Shown one piece after another: positions 33,973 to 43,679 of a DNA stretch of 64,000 nt (the stretch's first letter is position 1; each line of letters starts with the position of its first letter). Where the stretch lies: NCBI GenBank assembly GCA_035507705.1, contig DATJNV010000101.1, positions 90,495-154,494 on the forward strand, written 5' to 3'. Origin of the DNA: Acidobacteriaceae bacterium. GTDB lineage: Bacteria; Acidobacteriota; Terriglobia; Terriglobales; Acidobacteriaceae. The notes under the pieces are model-generated. The model ran no database searches, had not been told where the DNA came from, and worked only from the letters and a program-made list of their open reading frames with translations. A program made the translations under genes and the position numbers.

Positions 33973-36900
33973 ATGTCTGCCACCAGCGACCTTCCTTCAG
34001 CGAGTGTAGCCGTCCCTGAGCCGGCTTCCGTACGATCCAATCCGCGTCAGGAAGCCTCGAATGAGATGCGAGAGTGTGTCGAGCGCGTGTTGCATACCGA
34101 CGCTCGGGTGCCGGTCTCAACCTACCGGGTGCAGATGCACAAGGATTTTTCCTTTGCCGATGCACAGGGTATCCTTGGCTACCTCAAGCAGCTGGGCATT
34201 GGGGACTTTTACTCATCACCCATTTTCGAAGCCCGGCCAGGCAGCATGCACGGATACGACCTCACCCGCCACGACCGCCTTAATCCGGAGCTTGGCGGCA
34301 ACCAAGGTTTCGCCTCCTTCTCCGCCGAACTACAACGACAGGGTATGGGCCTGCTGCTCGACATCGTTCCCAATCACATGGGTGTGGGCAATGACTCAGT
34401 CTGGTGGCAGGACGTGCTGGAGAACGGCCACGCCTCCCGCTATTCGGAATATTTCGATATCGATTGGAAGCCGCTGAAGCCGGCGATGCGCAACAAGCTG
34501 CTTCTGCCCATCCTCGGCAATCAATATGGAACGGAACTGGAGAGCAAACACATCCAGGTCTCGATTGAGGACGGGCTTGCTAAAATTCACTACTACGATC
34601 ACAGCATGCCGGTGGCGCCACGCACAGTGCATCTGATCTTCGAACAGCGGGAAGGCGGAGACAACCCCGCACCGGACTTCTTTCGCGACTTGTTGCAGGC
34701 CATCGAGGAGCTTCCGCCGCATGAAACCAGCGATGACGAGCTGCGCGAAAAGCGGCAAGCGGAGTTGAGGGAGCTTCTACCGAAGTTGCGGGACGCCCTT
34801 CGATCCGAGGAGATGCAGCCGGTCATCCAAAAGGCCTTGACACAAATTAATGGTATCGAAGGGGATCCCCACAGCTTCGATCGCCTTCATGCACTGCTCG
34901 ATGCACAGCCCTACCGGTTGGCATCCTGGCGAACTTCCGCGGAGGAGATTAATTACCGCCGCTTCTTTGATGTGAACGACCTGGTGGGATTGCGTATGGA
35001 GAATCCCGAGGTTTTCGCGGCTACGCACTGCCTCATTCGTTCGCTGATGGCCTCGCAACAGGTAACCGGACTTCGCATCGACCACTGTGACGGAATGTTC
35101 AACCCCCGGCAATATTTGATCCGATTGCAGCTCTTGTACCTCGCCAGTCAGTGCGCGGGGCCGGCCCCGAAGCAGGAAACGGCCGCAAATGCAATCGAAC
35201 GCAGCGTGCTCGACCCGGTCCGGGGATACGACTGGTCCCAGAGCCAAGGACCGCTCTATACCGTCGTGGAGAAAATTCTCGAACCTCGCGAATATCTACC
35301 TTCCGAATGGCCGGTGCGCGGCACCTCCGGTTACGATTTCGTGTATCTGGCCAATGGGATTTTCATTCAAAGCGCTAATGAGAAACGTTTCAACATTCTC
35401 TATGCCCAGCTTCTCGGGCACCCGGCTGATCCGGATGAGATCATTTACCGTTCCAAGCTCCAGGTAATGCAGACGGCACTGGCCAGCGAAGTCTATGCAC
35501 TGACCAATCTGCTCAGCCGCATTGCCGCTTCCAACCGCAAGGCCCGCGATTTCACTGACAACATCCTCGAAACGGTTCTGCGCCACACCATTGCTGCTTT
35601 CCCGGTGTATCGAACCTACATAGACGACCGCGGCGAGTACGGCGCTCGCGATGTGGCCTTTCTGCGCTTTGCCATCGCCCGGGCTAAGCGCCTTAACCCG
35701 GATGTCGACGCCTCGGCTTTTGACTTCCTTCGCGAAACGCTGTTGTTACAAAACACGCTTACCAGCACGAGGCAGAAGCCTGACCCACAAATCCTTTACT
35801 TTGCCCTTAAATTCCAGCAATTGACAGGACCGGTCATGGCCAAGGGCGTAGAGGATACCGCTTTCTATGTTTATACCCGCTTCCTCTCCTCAAACGAGGT
35901 GGGCGGTTCGGCGAAATCGTTTGGCATTTCTCTCGATACTTTGCATCAGAGCAACCAAGAGCGTCTCAGGCACTCCCCCGATACGATGCTCACCACTTCC
36001 ACCCATGACACCAAGCGCAGCGAGGACGTGCGGAATCGCCTCAATGTGCTCTCCGAGATTCCCCAGCTCTGGTCGTCTTCCGTACACCGCTGGCAACGAA
36101 TGAACGCCAAATTCAAACAGAAGATGGAAGATGGGCGTGTCGCCCCCGATAACAATGAGGAATATCTGCTCTATCAGACAATTCTGGGCGCCTGGCCATG
36201 GCAGATGGAGACCCCACAGGCCCGCGAGAACTTCCTGGATCGGATCAAGCAGTACGCATTCAAAGCGCTCAGCGAAGCCAAAGTCAATCTCAGCTGGATC
36301 AACCCGGACCCCGACTATATAAAGGCGGTGCACGCGTTCATCACTGCCATCCTTATGCCGGGTCCGAAGGGAAAAGAAAGCCCGTTCGTGGCTTCGCTCA
36401 ACTCGCTACTTCCACAGCTACGATTTTTCGGGGCGGTAAATTCTCTTTCCCAGGTGGTGTTGAAAATCGCGGTTCCCGGAGTTCCTGACTTCTACCAGGG
36501 AAATGAGCTTTGGGAACTGACCTTGGTCGACCCTGACAACCGGCGCCCGGTGGACTATCGGCTACGTGCCGGCTATCTAGATGGCTTGCAGTCATTGGCA
36601 GAGCGGGAGGGCGCTCCCGCAGTGTGCCGCGATGTGCTCAGCAATCTGGCTGACGGGCGCGTCAAACTCTGGACGACACACTGCGCTCTGCAGTTGCGGC
36701 GAAAGGAGCATGAGATCTTCCGGCGTGGCGAGTACATCGCACTGGAGATGGCTGGAGAGCGCCAGGAAAATCTGATTGCCTTCTTACGCCGCGATGCACG
36801 CAGCGGCCGCAGTGTGCTGGCTGCTCTGCCCCGCTTTGCCTGCTCGCTTATGCGCGGAAAACTGGAAATGCCTCTCGGCCAAGCCTGGGGCAACGACCAA

Positions 36901-37041
36901 TTGCGAATCCCGGTCGCTGCCGGGACGCGCTATACCAATGTCTTTACGGGTGAATCTTTGACCGTTCCCGAGGAGCAGGTCTTGCCGCTGAGCGCCGTCT
37001 TTAAGATGTACCCCGTTGCGCTCTTCTTCAGCGGCGCTTAG
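33973..37041 (+). CDS. treY: Malto-oligosyltrehalose synthase
   Basis: STYRVQMHKDFSFADAQGILGYLKQLGIGDFYSSPIFEARPGSMHGYD, plus length and GH13-type motifs. The true start may be the internal ATG near 34066. Confidence 0.88.
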   Translation: MSATSDLPSASVAVPEPASVRSNPRQEASNEMRECVERVLHTDARVPVSTYRVQMHKDFSFADAQGILGYLKQLGIGDFYSSPIFEARPGSMHGYDLTRHDRLNPELGGNQGFASFSAELQRQGMGLLLDIVPNHMGVGNDSVWWQDVLENGHASRYSEYFDIDWKPLKPAMRNKLLLPILGNQYGTELESKHIQVSIEDGLAKIHYYDHSMPVAPRTVHLIFEQREGGDNPAPDFFRDLLQAIEELPPHETSDDELREKRQAELRELLPKLRDALRSEEMQPVIQKALTQINGIEGDPHSFDRLHALLDAQPYRLASWRTSAEEINYRRFFDVNDLVGLRMENPEVFAATHCLIRSLMASQQVTGLRIDHCDGMFNPRQYLIRLQLLYLASQCAGPAPKQETAANAIERSVLDPVRGYDWSQSQGPLYTVVEKILEPREYLPSEWPVRGTSGYDFVYLANGIFIQSANEKRFNILYAQLLGHPADPDEIIYRSKLQVMQTALASEVYALTNLLSRIAASNRKARDFTDNILETVLRHTIAAFPVYRTYIDDRGEYGARDVAFLRFAIARAKRLNPDVDASAFDFLRETLLLQNTLTSTRQKPDPQILYFALKFQQLTGPVMAKGVEDTAFYVYTRFLSSNEVGGSAKSFGISLDTLHQSNQERLRHSPDTMLTTSTHDTKRSEDVRNRLNVLSEIPQLWSSSVHRWQRMNAKFKQKMEDGRVAPDNNEEYLLYQTILGAWPWQMETPQARENFLDRIKQYAFKALSEAKVNLSWINPDPDYIKAVHAFITAILMPGPKGKESPFVASLNSLLPQLRFFGAVNSLSQVVLKIAVPGVPDFYQGNELWELTLVDPDNRRPVDYRLRAGYLDGLQSLAEREGAPAVCRDVLSNLADGRVKLWTTHCALQLRRKEHEIFRRGEYIALEMAGERQENLIAFLRRDARSGRSVLAALPRFACSLMRGKLEMPLGQAWGNDQLRIPVAAGTRYTNVFTGESLTVPEEQVLPLSAVFKMYPVALFFSGA

Positions 37042-38552
37042 GTTTTTGCCGGTTCAACCCAGCCGTCCCGGTCCGTGGCCTCTGCCAGTTGCGCCAGTCC
37101 CTTCGCCTGCCCGGGGCCGAGGGCTCCTGGAGCCATTCGCCAGGTCCAGTTGTTTTCGGGCAAGGCTGGCGTGTTCATGCGCGCTTCCGAACCGAGTGCC
37201 AGGACGTCCTGGACAGGGAAAATGCAGACGTCGGCCACCGAGGCCGATGCGGCACGGATCATCGTCCACACGACGTCGTTGGGAGCCGGGTTGAGATAGA
37301 TGTACACGGAATGCCGTTCCGCTTCGGTTGCTCCGTTTTGCCACCACCCCAGCGTAGTGTCGTTGTCGTGGGTTCCGGTGTAGACAACCGTATTGGTTAC
37401 ATAACGGTGGGGCAGGTAGTTATGCGCAGCCCGATCGCTAAACGCAAATTGCAGAACTCGCATACCGGGCAAACCAAACTGGTCCCGCAAAGCATCCACT
37501 TCGCGCGTGATCAAGCCAAGATCTTCGGCAATGAGCGGCAGGTGGCCAAGCTTTTCCTGCAAGGCCGCAAACAGCGCAGCGCCCGGCGCTTTGACCCATT
37601 CCCCGTGGATCGCGGTCTCGTCTTCGGCCGGAATCGCCCAGAAAGCTTCGAAACCACGGAAGTGATCGAGACGAATCACGTCGTACAGTGCACGCGTCCT
37701 ACGTATTCGGTCCACCCACCAATCGAACCCACGGCTCTGCAACACATTCCATCGGTAGATCGGATTACCCCAGCGTTGCCCTGTAGCGCTGAAGTAATCG
37801 GGAGGGACACCGGCAACGCGAATAGGAGTGAGGTCTTTCTTCAACTCGAAAATGTCGGGGTGGGTCCACACGTCTGCGCTATCGAAGTTCACGAAGATGG
37901 CGACGTCGCCGATAAACCGGATTTCGCGATCTGCGCAGTAGGCCCGCAGGGCCTTCCACTGCTCATCGAAAGCAAATTGGATGGCCTGCTCCACCTCGAG
38001 TCTGTCGCGGTTTTCCTGTTGCAACCTGATCAGCGCAGCGGAGTCTCTGTGGGCAAACTCTTTCGGCCAGGACAACCAGTAGCCTGAGGAGAATTGCTCT
38101 CGTAGCACACTGTAGAGCGCGTAATCGGTAAGCCAGAACGCGTTCTCTTCACGAAAGCGGTGGAAGCGGGCCCACTGCTCATCGTCGTGGTGCGAAAGAA
38201 ACTGGCGCGCGGCCTCTACCAGGAGCGGCCACTTGCGTTGCTCCACTTCTTCGAAGCCCACATTTCCCTCGTGGCCCGGAAGCCCCTGGATCTGTTCGCG
38301 CGTCAACCATCCTGCTTCTACCAGTTTCTCCAGGCTGATCAGCAGCGGATTGCCGGCGAAAGCGGAGAGAGCCGCGTATGGAGAGTTGCCGAAACCGGTT
38401 GGGCTGAGCGGAAGAACCTGCCACAGCCGCTGCTTCGCGGCTTTCAGGAAATCTGCGAACTCATAGGCGGCGGGACCCAGGTCTCCTATTCCGCCGTACG
38501 AAGGCAACGAGGAGATATGAAGGAGCAAGCCTGACGATCGTTCGAGGGCCAT
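37038..38552 (-). CDS. malQ: 4-alpha-glucanotransferase (amylomaltase)
   Basis: SSGLLLHISSLPSYGGIGDLGPAAYEFADFL, IGDVAIFV, YTGTHDNDT. Confidence 0.9.
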   Translation of the reverse strand: MALERSSGLLLHISSLPSYGGIGDLGPAAYEFADFLKAAKQRLWQVLPLSPTGFGNSPYAALSAFAGNPLLISLEKLVEAGWLTREQIQGLPGHEGNVGFEEVEQRKWPLLVEAARQFLSHHDDEQWARFHRFREENAFWLTDYALYSVLREQFSSGYWLSWPKEFAHRDSAALIRLQQENRDRLEVEQAIQFAFDEQWKALRAYCADREIRFIGDVAIFVNFDSADVWTHPDIFELKKDLTPIRVAGVPPDYFSATGQRWGNPIYRWNVLQSRGFDWWVDRIRRTRALYDVIRLDHFRGFEAFWAIPAEDETAIHGEWVKAPGAALFAALQEKLGHLPLIAEDLGLITREVDALRDQFGLPGMRVLQFAFSDRAAHNYLPHRYVTNTVVYTGTHDNDTTLGWWQNGATEAERHSVYIYLNPAPNDVVWTMIRAASASVADVCIFPVQDVLALGSEARMNTPALPENNWTWRMAPGALGPGQAKGLAQLAEATDRDGWVEPAKT

Positions 38553-38637
38553 TCAGTTCCTGTATGGGCAAGGCGACAAAAACAATGGCCTTCTTTTACA
38601 ACAGATTCCCAGGTGGAAACTCCGGTTGCTTGGCGGA

Positions 38638-40605
38638 TTACATACCCTGGATCATTCCGGTTTGAGCATGCTTATTGATACGAATGCCACCGTCTTTTTG
38701 ATAACGGTCCATCAGAGCAGTGGCAAAAACCTCAAACATCTGCTCCCGCTTCTCGTTAAGCAGCGAATCTCGCGTGGCATCGAAATTCTTGGCAATCTCG
38801 TCCGCCGTCGGCTCCTGCTTTTCGTCCAGCTTAGCCACCACCCCGCTGCGTCCGTTGTTGATCGCTTTGCTAATCTGCCCGATCTTCAAGTCAAATAGTT
38901 CCGGCGCGGCAGTGGACAAGGAACCAATATCGGGAACCTGTCCCGTGCGACCCACCAGGTCACTGGTCTTCACGGTTGCTCCGAGTTCCTTGGCGGCCTG
39001 AGCCAAATTATTTTCAGCATGCGCCTTATCCGCGAGTTCATTCGTCTTGCGAGCCAATAGCTGGGGTAGCTGCTGCTCGCGGAAGTCGTCGACCAGGTGC
39101 GACTTGTACTCCTCAAAGGTGGGTGCGTGTGCCGCCTTCACGTCCTCAACCTGGAACACGGCAAACTCATCACCGGCTGAACTCACCTGGGGAGGGGCTC
39201 CCGGCTTGGCGCCGAAGGCCAAAGAGAGCATCTTGGTTCCGTCGGGCAGACCCGGAAGCACGGAGTTCTGCTGGACGTAATCAGTCGTCACAACCTGAAG
39301 ATGATGCGCATCCGCGGTCTTTGCCAAACCGTTCTTGGCAGCTTCCGTAGACAGCTGCTGTGCGTAATTGGCTTCCTGGTCCGCTTCCTGCTGCCGTGTC
39401 AATGTTGCTACGATCTGCGCCTTCACCTCGTCCAATGGCCTCAGATGCGCAGTTTGTTTTTCTTCCACTTTGATGATGTGGTAGCCGAACTGGGTCTTGA
39501 TTACGCCGGAAACCTGACCCGGCTGCAAACCGAAGGCGGTTTTTTCAAATTCCGGCACGGTCACGCCGCGCTGAATCATACCCAGCTCGCCACCCTGCTC
39601 CTTGCTGCCCGGGTCGTCGGAATTCGCCTTGGCTAGGGCAGCGAAATCAGCGCCCGCTTTGATCTGCTTCAGTAAGTCTTCCGCTTTCTGTTTGGCTGCG
39701 GCGTCGGTCTTAGTGTCCGCGCCCGCCGGCACCTTGATCAGGATGTGGCGTACCTTCACTTCCTCAGGCACCTGGAAGTCTTTCTGATGAGCCTGGTAAT
39801 AGCGCTCAATGTCTTGATTGCTTACCGGAGGAGCGCCCCCGGGTAGATCGGTTTGCTTTACAGCAATGTATTCCAGCTTGCGGGTTTCCGGAATAGCGTC
39901 CTTGTATCGTGCCGCATTCTGCTTGAAAAAGGCTTGCAGCTCGGCATCCGTGGGGTTGATCTCCTTACGAAGGTCCTCGGCGCTGATCACCGCATAGTCG
40001 AACTTGATCTTTGTTCCCTGATTCCGATAAGCGTCGCGCACCTCCTGATCGGATACAGTCACGCCGCCGGTCACCATGGCTTGCAGCCGGCTGATCTCAA
40101 TCTCTTTTTTGACCTGGGTCTCAAAATCCTGGATCGAGGTGTGGAAGTAGTTCGAAATGAAATCCGCATATCTGTCTTCGCCAATGAACTGCCCACCGGG
40201 GAACAGGACTTGCGCGAATGGGCCGGTTTGCATCGACCGGCGTAAATCGGTATCGCTTACCTGGAGTCCGAGCCGGTTGGCTTCCTGAACCAAAACTTCG
40301 CGTTGGATCAAGGCTTGGGCAGCCTGCGGCATGACGAAGTTCAACATCTGGTCCGGGTAGCGATTCTGCTGCAGTATCCTCTGCGCAATCTGCTGCACCT
40401 GGGGCGTGGTGATGGTGGAAGTGGTGCCGAAAAATCGGCCCATCAGCCCTCCACTGTGCACCACAGCGTAGGTGTCGGAAGTGGTATCGGCATCGGCAAA
40501 GATGCCCGGAACCAGTGTGATCACCATGGTGATCACGGCGACTGCGATGATGGCGATAAAGATGATCTTGACGACGCGGTTGTCTTTTTGCAGGAAACGA
40601 ATCAT
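38638..40605 (-). CDS. ppiD: Periplasmic chaperone / peptidyl-prolyl isomerase, PpiD-like
   Basis: N-terminal TM anchor, a SurA-N-like region, and a parvulin domain (VRHILIKV...FGYHIIKVEE). Confidence 0.8.
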   Translation of the reverse strand: MIRFLQKDNRVVKIIFIAIIAVAVITMVITLVPGIFADADTTSDTYAVVHSGGLMGRFFGTTSTITTPQVQQIAQRILQQNRYPDQMLNFVMPQAAQALIQREVLVQEANRLGLQVSDTDLRRSMQTGPFAQVLFPGGQFIGEDRYADFISNYFHTSIQDFETQVKKEIEISRLQAMVTGGVTVSDQEVRDAYRNQGTKIKFDYAVISAEDLRKEINPTDAELQAFFKQNAARYKDAIPETRKLEYIAVKQTDLPGGAPPVSNQDIERYYQAHQKDFQVPEEVKVRHILIKVPAGADTKTDAAAKQKAEDLLKQIKAGADFAALAKANSDDPGSKEQGGELGMIQRGVTVPEFEKTAFGLQPGQVSGVIKTQFGYHIIKVEEKQTAHLRPLDEVKAQIVATLTRQQEADQEANYAQQLSTEAAKNGLAKTADAHHLQVVTTDYVQQNSVLPGLPDGTKMLSLAFGAKPGAPPQVSSAGDEFAVFQVEDVKAAHAPTFEEYKSHLVDDFREQQLPQLLARKTNELADKAHAENNLAQAAKELGATVKTSDLVGRTGQVPDIGSLSTAAPELFDLKIGQISKAINNGRSGVVAKLDEKQEPTADEIAKNFDATRDSLLNEKREQMFEVFATALMDRYQKDGGIRINKHAQTGMIQGM

Positions 40606-40814
40606 TGGTTAGTAGCTGTTTTCAAAGCGCAGCTTTAGATAAGTATAGATGAGTCGAGTAACAGAAAGCCGCACCGCAGAACAGAGACCGGAAGCGAGGA
40701 GAAGTTAGGAAGGAATAACCATAAACGCTTGTGGCCCATCCCTCCCGTCGATCGGGTTGGGATGAGCCACTTTGCCATCTGGAAGCTACCTAGCTGCGAT
40801 GAGCGAAACTCGCC

Positions 40815-41966
40815 TTACCAGCGGCGATAGTAGTAGGGATAGCCATAGCGATATCGGTATGGGTAGGCATAAGCGTACGGATACGGGTAGCCGTAAGCGT
40901 ATGGATAAGCATAAGGATACGGCGCGTATCCCGGAGGCGGGGGAGCGTAGGCAGCCGGGTAGCCGTAAGGAGGCGGCGGCGGATAACCCGGGCGGCCTTG
41001 TGGAGCAACGCTGGCCTGGATGCGCGCAGCTTCCTGAGGAGAAACGGGCTGTACTGTTACCGGGCTGGTCAGGTGGAACGTCAGCAGTGCTTCTGCAGGA
41101 ACCATGCTGCGCGGTCCCGGAGTTGCGGCCGACGCGCCGAGTCCAACACCCGTTCCCGCGACAGCACCGATAGCAGCGCCCGGACCACCGCCGGCAATAG
41201 CGCCAATGGCTGCACCCAGGGCGGCACCGCCCACAGTATTGGCAGCGGTGTAACCACCTTTGCCTGGGCTGTTGGTGTCGAAAGTATCCGACGTCAATGA
41301 GTAGGAATTCCCGCCGAGATTCAGGGTCGTCAGCTGCAGGGCAATGCTCGCACCGCCCTTGAGCTCGCCGGCCTTCTTAACATCCACTACGCGACCGGTA
41401 ACCTGGGCTCCACGCGGGATCGCCAGTACATTGCCGACATAAATACTCTGCGCAACGGTTCCCTGGAAGTAATCTCCGGGCTTCAGCTTCTTGGAGTCCA
41501 ATGGTTCACTGGTACGAATCGGAAGCAGCAGTCCGCTAGACAATGTGACAGGACCTGAGGGTGGCACATTCGAAAGCGGCGCCGCCTGGTATCCGTTGGA
41601 TGGGTTCTGGCCCGGCTGATAAGCAGGTCGAGCTCCCTGATTGTAGCCAACTCCTGCACCGGACTGGGGCGCCTGATTCGGATACTGGCTCGGCGCCTGA
41701 TTAGGGTCCTGATTGCTCATGCCTGGGTATTGTGGCGGTCCCTGATCGCCGTTCTGATCGGGCTGCGCCGTATCCTGCTGAGGAATCTGTCCGTTCTGCG
41801 CATCGGGCGGCGGTCCCGCAGGACCCCAATCACCCTGCTGGCCGGCGGTTGGCGCCTGTTGTGAAGTCTGCTGAGCAGATGCGGTCAGAGTCGGAGCCAT
41901 CACCATGCCGGCGCCCAGCGCTCCGGAAAGTAGCCAATGCAAACGGTTTTTGTTCTTCCAATCCAT
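40815..41966 (-). CDS. Secreted low-complexity protein with a Q/P-rich region, beta-rich core, glycine zipper and extreme Tyr/Pro C-terminal tail
   Basis: Signal peptide (LLSGALGAGMVMAPTLTASA), glycine zipper GGAALGAAIGAIAGGGPGAAIGAVAGTGVGLG, and the tail ...APYPYAYPYAYGYPYPYAYAYPYRYRYGYPYYYRRW. Confidence 0.75.
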   Translation of the reverse strand: MDWKNKNRLHWLLSGALGAGMVMAPTLTASAQQTSQQAPTAGQQGDWGPAGPPPDAQNGQIPQQDTAQPDQNGDQGPPQYPGMSNQDPNQAPSQYPNQAPQSGAGVGYNQGARPAYQPGQNPSNGYQAAPLSNVPPSGPVTLSSGLLLPIRTSEPLDSKKLKPGDYFQGTVAQSIYVGNVLAIPRGAQVTGRVVDVKKAGELKGGASIALQLTTLNLGGNSYSLTSDTFDTNSPGKGGYTAANTVGGAALGAAIGAIAGGGPGAAIGAVAGTGVGLGASAATPGPRSMVPAEALLTFHLTSPVTVQPVSPQEAARIQASVAPQGRPGYPPPPPYGYPAAYAPPPPGYAPYPYAYPYAYGYPYPYAYAYPYRYRYGYPYYYRRW

Positions 41967-42237
41967 CCTTCAACCCCCTGTCCAGGCCGAATGCCCGATC
42001 AACCGGCCCCGACATACTCCATAGACGGCAAGTTACGTACTCCGTCATAGGTCTTAACACCCTTTTACGGAAAAAGTTATCCGGGCGTCTCTCCCTCTTG
42101 CGTGTTTTTCTCCGGGAGCTCTTAATCGTTGGTAATGAAGTGGGCTCGACCGCCGCAAGCCTGATCCCCTTAAGGTGTCAGATGACCCAATCGCTTACCG
42201 TTTGCAGCTTCCCCGTGACCGTGGTAGACATGCTTGC

Positions 42238-43416
42238 ATGCCCGCCACCACCGAGAACCGCCTTCACCTCAGCCAGACCGCTCCCACCATCATTCAATCA
42301 GAAATTCGCTCCATGACCGTCGAGTGCGACGCAGTGGGTGGCGTGAATCTCGCCCAGGGAGTTTGCGATACGCCGCTGCCCACTCCGGTTCTTGAGGCGG
42401 CAATCCAGGCTATTCTTGACGGCTACAACATCTACACACGTCTGGATGGCATTGCTGTGCTGCGTCAGGCGATCGCTGAAAAACTGGCGCGCCACAATGG
42501 TATGAGCGTGGATCCGGAGAAAGAGGTTTTGGTCGCGTCAGGAGCCACCGGAGCGATGTATTCCGCTTGCCTGGCGCTGTTCGATCCGGGCGACCAGGTG
42601 ATCTTGTTCGAACCCTTTTATGGGTACCACTACAGCACCCTGCGCTCCATCCGCGTCGAGCCAATATTGGTTCCCATGGAGCAGGGCACTTGGGAGATCG
42701 ACTTTGACCGCCTCCGCGGCGCGATTACTCCTCGAACCCGCGCCATCGTCATCAACAGCCCGGGAAATCCTTGTGGCAAGGTATTCAGCCGCGCTGAACT
42801 TGAGGCTATCGCCGCCTTGGCTATCGAATTCGACCTATTTGTCCTGACGGATGAGATCTACGAATATTTCGTCTACGAAGGCCAGTCCCACATCAGCCCG
42901 GCGACCCTTCCCGGAATGGCGGAACGGACAATCTCGATTTCCGGCTTCTCGAAGACCTTTAGCATGACCGGATGGCGAATGGGCTATCTCACGGCCAGCA
43001 GCAAATGGATGCCAGCTATCGGCTACTTCCATGATTTGGGCTATGTCTGTGCCCCTTCCCCGTTCCAACATGCGGCGGCAGCCGGGTTGCGCCTGCTACC
43101 CGACAGCTTCTACCAGGACTTGGCCACCGAGTACGGGCAGAAGCGGGACAAAATGTGCGATGCCCTGGCTGCGGCCGGGCTCACCCCGGCCATCCCGGCA
43201 GGCGCCTACTATGTTTTAGCGGACGCAACCCGCATCGAAGGAGACCGGGCCAGCGTCAAGGCACGGAACCTTCTTCGGGCAACGGGCGTTGCCGCCGTCG
43301 CCGGCTCTGCGTTCTACGGCCCCGGGAAAGGTGAAAATCTCCTCCGCTACTGTTTTGCCAAGCAAGACGCTGACTTGGAGCGGGCTTGCACTGCCCTGCG
43401 CAACTTTGGAGTCTAG
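42238..43416 (+). CDS. Class I/II PLP-dependent aminotransferase
   Basis: SEIRSM..., VNLAQGVCDTPLP, NSPGNPCG, SGFSKTFSMTGWRMGY (PLP lysine). I prefer the start at 42238 over the track start at 42175. Confidence 0.85.
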   Translation: MPATTENRLHLSQTAPTIIQSEIRSMTVECDAVGGVNLAQGVCDTPLPTPVLEAAIQAILDGYNIYTRLDGIAVLRQAIAEKLARHNGMSVDPEKEVLVASGATGAMYSACLALFDPGDQVILFEPFYGYHYSTLRSIRVEPILVPMEQGTWEIDFDRLRGAITPRTRAIVINSPGNPCGKVFSRAELEAIAALAIEFDLFVLTDEIYEYFVYEGQSHISPATLPGMAERTISISGFSKTFSMTGWRMGYLTASSKWMPAIGYFHDLGYVCAPSPFQHAAAAGLRLLPDSFYQDLATEYGQKRDKMCDALAAAGLTPAIPAGAYYVLADATRIEGDRASVKARNLLRATGVAAVAGSAFYGPGKGENLLRYCFAKQDADLERACTALRNFGV

Positions 43417-43599
43417 CTCCACCCCGCTCGAACGAAAGCCGACTCGAGGAGCTGTCGAGACCAGGGAACTATCCCTCTATATATCAATTACTTGGCACAC
43501 AATTCCCTGCTCCGGACCCAGCTCCTCGCTCCTCCCATATTTCTTTGAAAACAATCGCCTTCCAAATGAATCCATTGGGTGAACGCAAGCATCAGATAG

Positions 43600-43620
43600 C
43601 TTGACAACAGAAGACTCAAG
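43600..43620 (+). promoter_or_regulatory. HAIR-like (HspR-associated inverted repeat) operator overlapping a TTGACA -35-like hexamer upstream of dnaK
   Basis: CTTGACA-N7-ACTCAAG compared with the HAIR consensus CTTGAGT-N7-ACTCAAG: the right arm is perfect and the left arm matches 5/7. It lies 60 nt upstream of the dnaK ATG, and hspR is encoded in the same operon. Confidence 0.6.
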
Positions 43621-43679
43621 TGCGAGGCTAGGAAGCACAACTCGCACACGAGGACTGTGCGTGCAGGAGCAGCTAAGAG

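Noticed and set aside
37038-37041. treY and malQ overlap by 4 nt at their stop codons (TTAG read on both strands).
   Set aside because: The overlap is real but is a trivial consequence of compact convergent genes. No regulatory implication can be supported from the sequence.
43544-43569. A sigma-32-like heat-shock promoter (TTTGAA ... CCAAATGA) in the dnaK leader.
   Set aside because: The -10 matches only partially (CCaaAT against CCCCAT) and the spacer is about 12 nt, too short. The HAIR-like element with an embedded TTGACA is the better-supported signal.
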